Source: an uncultured bacterium
Lineage (GTDB): Bacteria > Patescibacteriota > Minisyncoccia > UBA6257 > 2-01-FULL-56-20
Reading direction: 5' to 3'
DNA length: 64,000 nucleotides
Assembly: GCA_963718575.1 (NCBI GenBank)
Contig: OY970358.1
Span: forward strand, 642,172 to 706,171
A program made the translations under genes and the position numbers. Positions 61,818 through 64,000 of this stretch are shown in pieces; the stretch's first letter is position 1, and each line of letters begins with the position of its first letter. The notes below the pieces were generated by a model, which did not search any database, was not told the DNA's origin, and worked only from the letters and a program-made list of their open reading frames with translations.

Positions 61818-62202
61818 AACAAGATAACCCAATCGAAGGTAACGAAGCGAAAGCGGAAACTGTTAAAAAAGAAGAAACGGCGGCCCAGGAAAGCAATTTC
61901 CTGGAGTGAAGCCTTGCATTCAAGTCTGTCATTCGTCCGACAAATCGCAAGGCAAGAAAATCGACTCATATCGGTGAAGTCCTTACTTGGTTTAGACCTG
62001 AACCATGAGGATAATACCGAGGGAAGTCGTGCATGGAGTTATGGAATTTATTTTATGCATTGACCCCTTAGAGACTTAGCGCGTAAGCGCTGGAGTCCGG
62101 CAATCGTGCCGGGCTAACACGTCGGTCATCTTACTAAATTCATTTTTAGCGAGATGGTGGTATAGTCCAACCCGCCAGTAATGGCGATGAAGAATAAGTT
62201 GC
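61818..62202 (+). mobile_element. Second, ORF-less intron in 23S rRNA (E. coli about 2593-2596 region, the I-CreI-type site)
   Basis: Exons GAGCTGGGTTCAGACCGTC | GTGAGACAGGTCGGTCTCTATCTGC are contiguous in the conserved 23S sequence. Shares the motif AGGATAATACCG(T/A)GGGAAGTC with intron 1. Confidence 0.5.
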
Positions 62203-62343
62203 GTGAGACAGGTCGGTCTCTATCTGCTGCAGGCGTGAAATACTTGAGGGGAGTTGACCTTAGTACGAGAGGACTGGGTTGAACATACCTCTGGTCTACC
62301 GGCTTTGCTACCAAGTGAATTGCCGGGTAGCTATGTATGGAAG

Positions 62344-62376
<33 letters not shown>

Positions 62377-62508
62377 CACCCCAAGATTAGGTATGCGTGA
62401 TTTCGTCATAGACTATGACGTTGATAGGCGCTCGGTGTAAGAACAGCAATGTTTTTAGCCAAGGCGTACTAATAATCCCGCCAACCATCCCAATGCTGAC
62501 TTGCATTC

Positions 62509-62614
62509 GATCTGTGTTTGTACTTTGCGGGGACGTGTCACGGTCTGCTGACCGCGCGCTTACGCTCGGCATCTTCGTGCCTTCGCGAAGCCCCTCAAAG
62601 CACAAACACAGATC
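62509..62614 (+). repeat. Hairpin repeat element copy D, immediately 3' of the 23S rRNA
   Basis: Arms GATCTGTGTTTGTACTTTGCGGGG / CCCCTCAAAGCACAAACACAGATC (2 mismatches). Core ACGTGTCACGGTCTGCTGACCGCGCGCTTACGCTCGGCATCTTCGTGCCTTCGCGAAG. Confidence 0.7.
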
Positions 62615-62661
62615 TCATTTCTGATCTACAATCAGAAATCCAAACAAAAAGGCGGCGGGGC

Positions 62662-62778
62662 GCTGCTCATATTTTTGTGTTTCGAAGAGTGTCTCGGAGC
62701 CGCGAAGGCGGCGAGAGCCAAGGCGGCCAGCCAGTAGGCTGGAACGCCGTCCCTGAGAAATATAAAAATATGAGCAGC
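62662..62778 (+). repeat. Hairpin repeat element copy E (core inverted), in the 23S-5S spacer
   Basis: Arms GCTGCTCATATTTTTGTGTTTC / GAAATATAAAAATATGAGCAGC (2 G.U positions). The core is related to C with compensatory stem changes. Confidence 0.65.
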
Positions 62779-62795
62779 ACCACGAACGGCTTTTT

Positions 62796-62916
62796 GATGT
62801 CGGTGCTTCATTCGGGCGTGCCCCACCTCTTCCCATTCCGAACAGAGAAGTGAAAGCGTCCCAATCCCATGATACTTGCGGGTTCGCCTGCGGGGAAAGT
62901 AGGATGTGCCGACATC
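62796..62916 (+). rRNA. rrf: 5S ribosomal RNA
   Basis: CCCACCTCTTCCCATTCCGAACAGAGAAGTGAAAGC...GGGAAAGTAGGATGTGCCGAC; terminal helix GTCGGTG/GTGCCGAC. Confidence 0.85.
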
Positions 62917-62945
62917 AAAGTGCCGTTAAAGATAATTGATAAAAA

Positions 62946-62990
62946 GAAAGACGCTGCGCATTAATTTGCGTGGCGTCTTTTTGTTTTGCG
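62946..62990. terminator. Bidirectional terminator between 5S rRNA and the convergent gene
   Basis: AAAGACGC ... GCGTCTTT stem flanked by A-run and T-run. Confidence 0.5.
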
Positions 62991-62993
62991 GCA

Positions 62994-63386
62994 CTACGGC
63001 TCGATCCATGTCGCATAGGCGGCGATGAGGGGATTCCCAGATCGGTCAATAAACTCGCTTGCCCTGCTAACCGTCCATCCTTTGACAGCAGAGGAACTCG
63101 GTCGGATTTTGTATCGTGCCCGGTCTTCTTCTTGGGATGCTTCGGAATATAGCAACAGTTCTAGAGCCATCGCTCGCTGGTTAAGTTGGCAAGGGAGCGG
63201 GTTACTTCCGGCAAACACTTCTTTTCCTAAAAGTCGGATAGAGCAATCCATTCCCGAAATTGGTTTTACGTGGCCAAAGTACGGTCCAACCTTTCCGCCG
63301 CTGGCAAATAGAAGACATTCAGTCAGTGTTGAAAGGTCATACCCTTGACCAATGACATACGACGGAGCTAAAAGGATTTCTATCAT
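62994..63386 (-). CDS. Hypothetical protein (130 aa)
   Basis: ATG 63386 with strong SD GGAGG 8 nt upstream; no recognizable motif. Confidence 0.5.
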   Translation of the reverse strand: MIEILLAPSYVIGQGYDLSTLTECLLFASGGKVGPYFGHVKPISGMDCSIRLLGKEVFAGSNPLPCQLNQRAMALELLLYSEASQEEDRARYKIRPSSSAVKGWTVSRASEFIDRSGNPLIAAYATWIEP

Positions 63387-63470
63387 ACTCTACCTCCGTA
63401 GAAAATATATATCGCAGGGTTGTTGACGTCAATCAAGACAATGTCCTTCTCATCCTCTATAATGAATACA

Positions 63471-64000
63471 TGTCCACTCGCCGCGCAAAGCAACTCCTCT
63501 ACGGCACGCTCTACGTGTTGATCGTGCTGATCGTTTTCGCCGGCATTTATTTTGTGGTTGTGCATCCGTTCATCGTTGCGTCTACGCCCGTGGGATGCAC
63601 GCCGAACACCTGCGCGCCGACGAGCACGGCGTGGGTCGTGGCGGGGCCGGCGCCACTGCTCACGTTCACCACGAGTCCGGGTCACTATTCCTTCCTTGCG
63701 CAAGTGACGAATCAAGATGCCGACTACGGCGCGCAGGTGATTGATTATGCGATCGACCTCGATGACGCCTCCGGCACGGTGTTGCAATCAATTCCTGCGC
63801 AGTCGTTCATCTATCCGTCGCAGACGAAATATTTGGCGGTGTTGAATCAGGCGGTGGCGCAACCATTCGATCACGCGACGCTCGTCACGACCGGTGCGTC
63901 GTGGCTTACGAGTTCGACGATCGGCACGATCCCGGCGATCGCGCCGGGCCAGTTCGCGTTGCAGAATATCCAAACGAGCGTCGGGTCCACGACGGTCGCC
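63471..64000 (+). CDS. Hypothetical membrane-anchored protein (3' truncated by window edge)
   Basis: ATG 63471 is 7 nt after TATAAT (63459-64); TM helix LLYGTLYVLIVLIVFAGIYFVVV; the ORF is open to the window end. Confidence 0.45.

Overview
This 64-kb window looks like a small-genome, CPR/Patescibacteria-like bacterium. That placement is inferred from gene content, the unlinked 23S-5S rRNA with introns, and many large surface proteins.

Gene content in window order:
- HtrA C-terminus, clpB, HU, an ORF6N protein, a tRNA-Arg(GCG)-like gene, and tRNA-Gly immediately 5' of an ABC-2 exporter.
- A dcd / thyX-like / tmk pyrimidine cluster, followed by an ECF sigma / anti-sigma pair and comF.
- A large type IV pilus locus (pilM, pilN, pilO, pilB, pilT, pilC, pilin, pilD, three minor pilins). 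Its pilN-pilC core carries about 15 apparent frameshifts.
- A 1181-aa Cys-repeat surface protein, ligA, tRNA-Asp, two beta-lactamase-family serine hydrolases, gatCA, murD, tRNA-Met and an MltB-like transglycosylase.
- A PheS-like protein fused to an FDX-ACB domain (mitochondrial-type monomeric PheRS architecture), then cca, dut and tRNA-Pro.
- A 23S rRNA (about 58120-62475) with a LAGLIDADG-encoding intron plus a second ORF-less intron, followed by 5S rRNA. No 16S rRNA is in the window.

The most unusual signal is a dispersed family of at least five hairpin elements (22830, 57017, 58009, 62509, 62662) plus one looser relative at 52555. Each has a conserved 55-65 nt core, present in both orientations, enclosed by a copy-specific 22-30 bp near-perfect inverted repeat. 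Two copies lie in opposite orientation on either side of the 23S rRNA. One abuts tRNA-Pro, followed by a 16-bp duplication of the tRNA 3' end.

Other signals:
- Recurrent leaderless TG(G/A)TAGAAT promoters in the pilus locus.
- A textbook promoter whose 17-bp spacer recurs inverted inside its own wHTH gene.
- An ECF AAC-N16-CGT promoter.
- Several AT-rich accessory islets.
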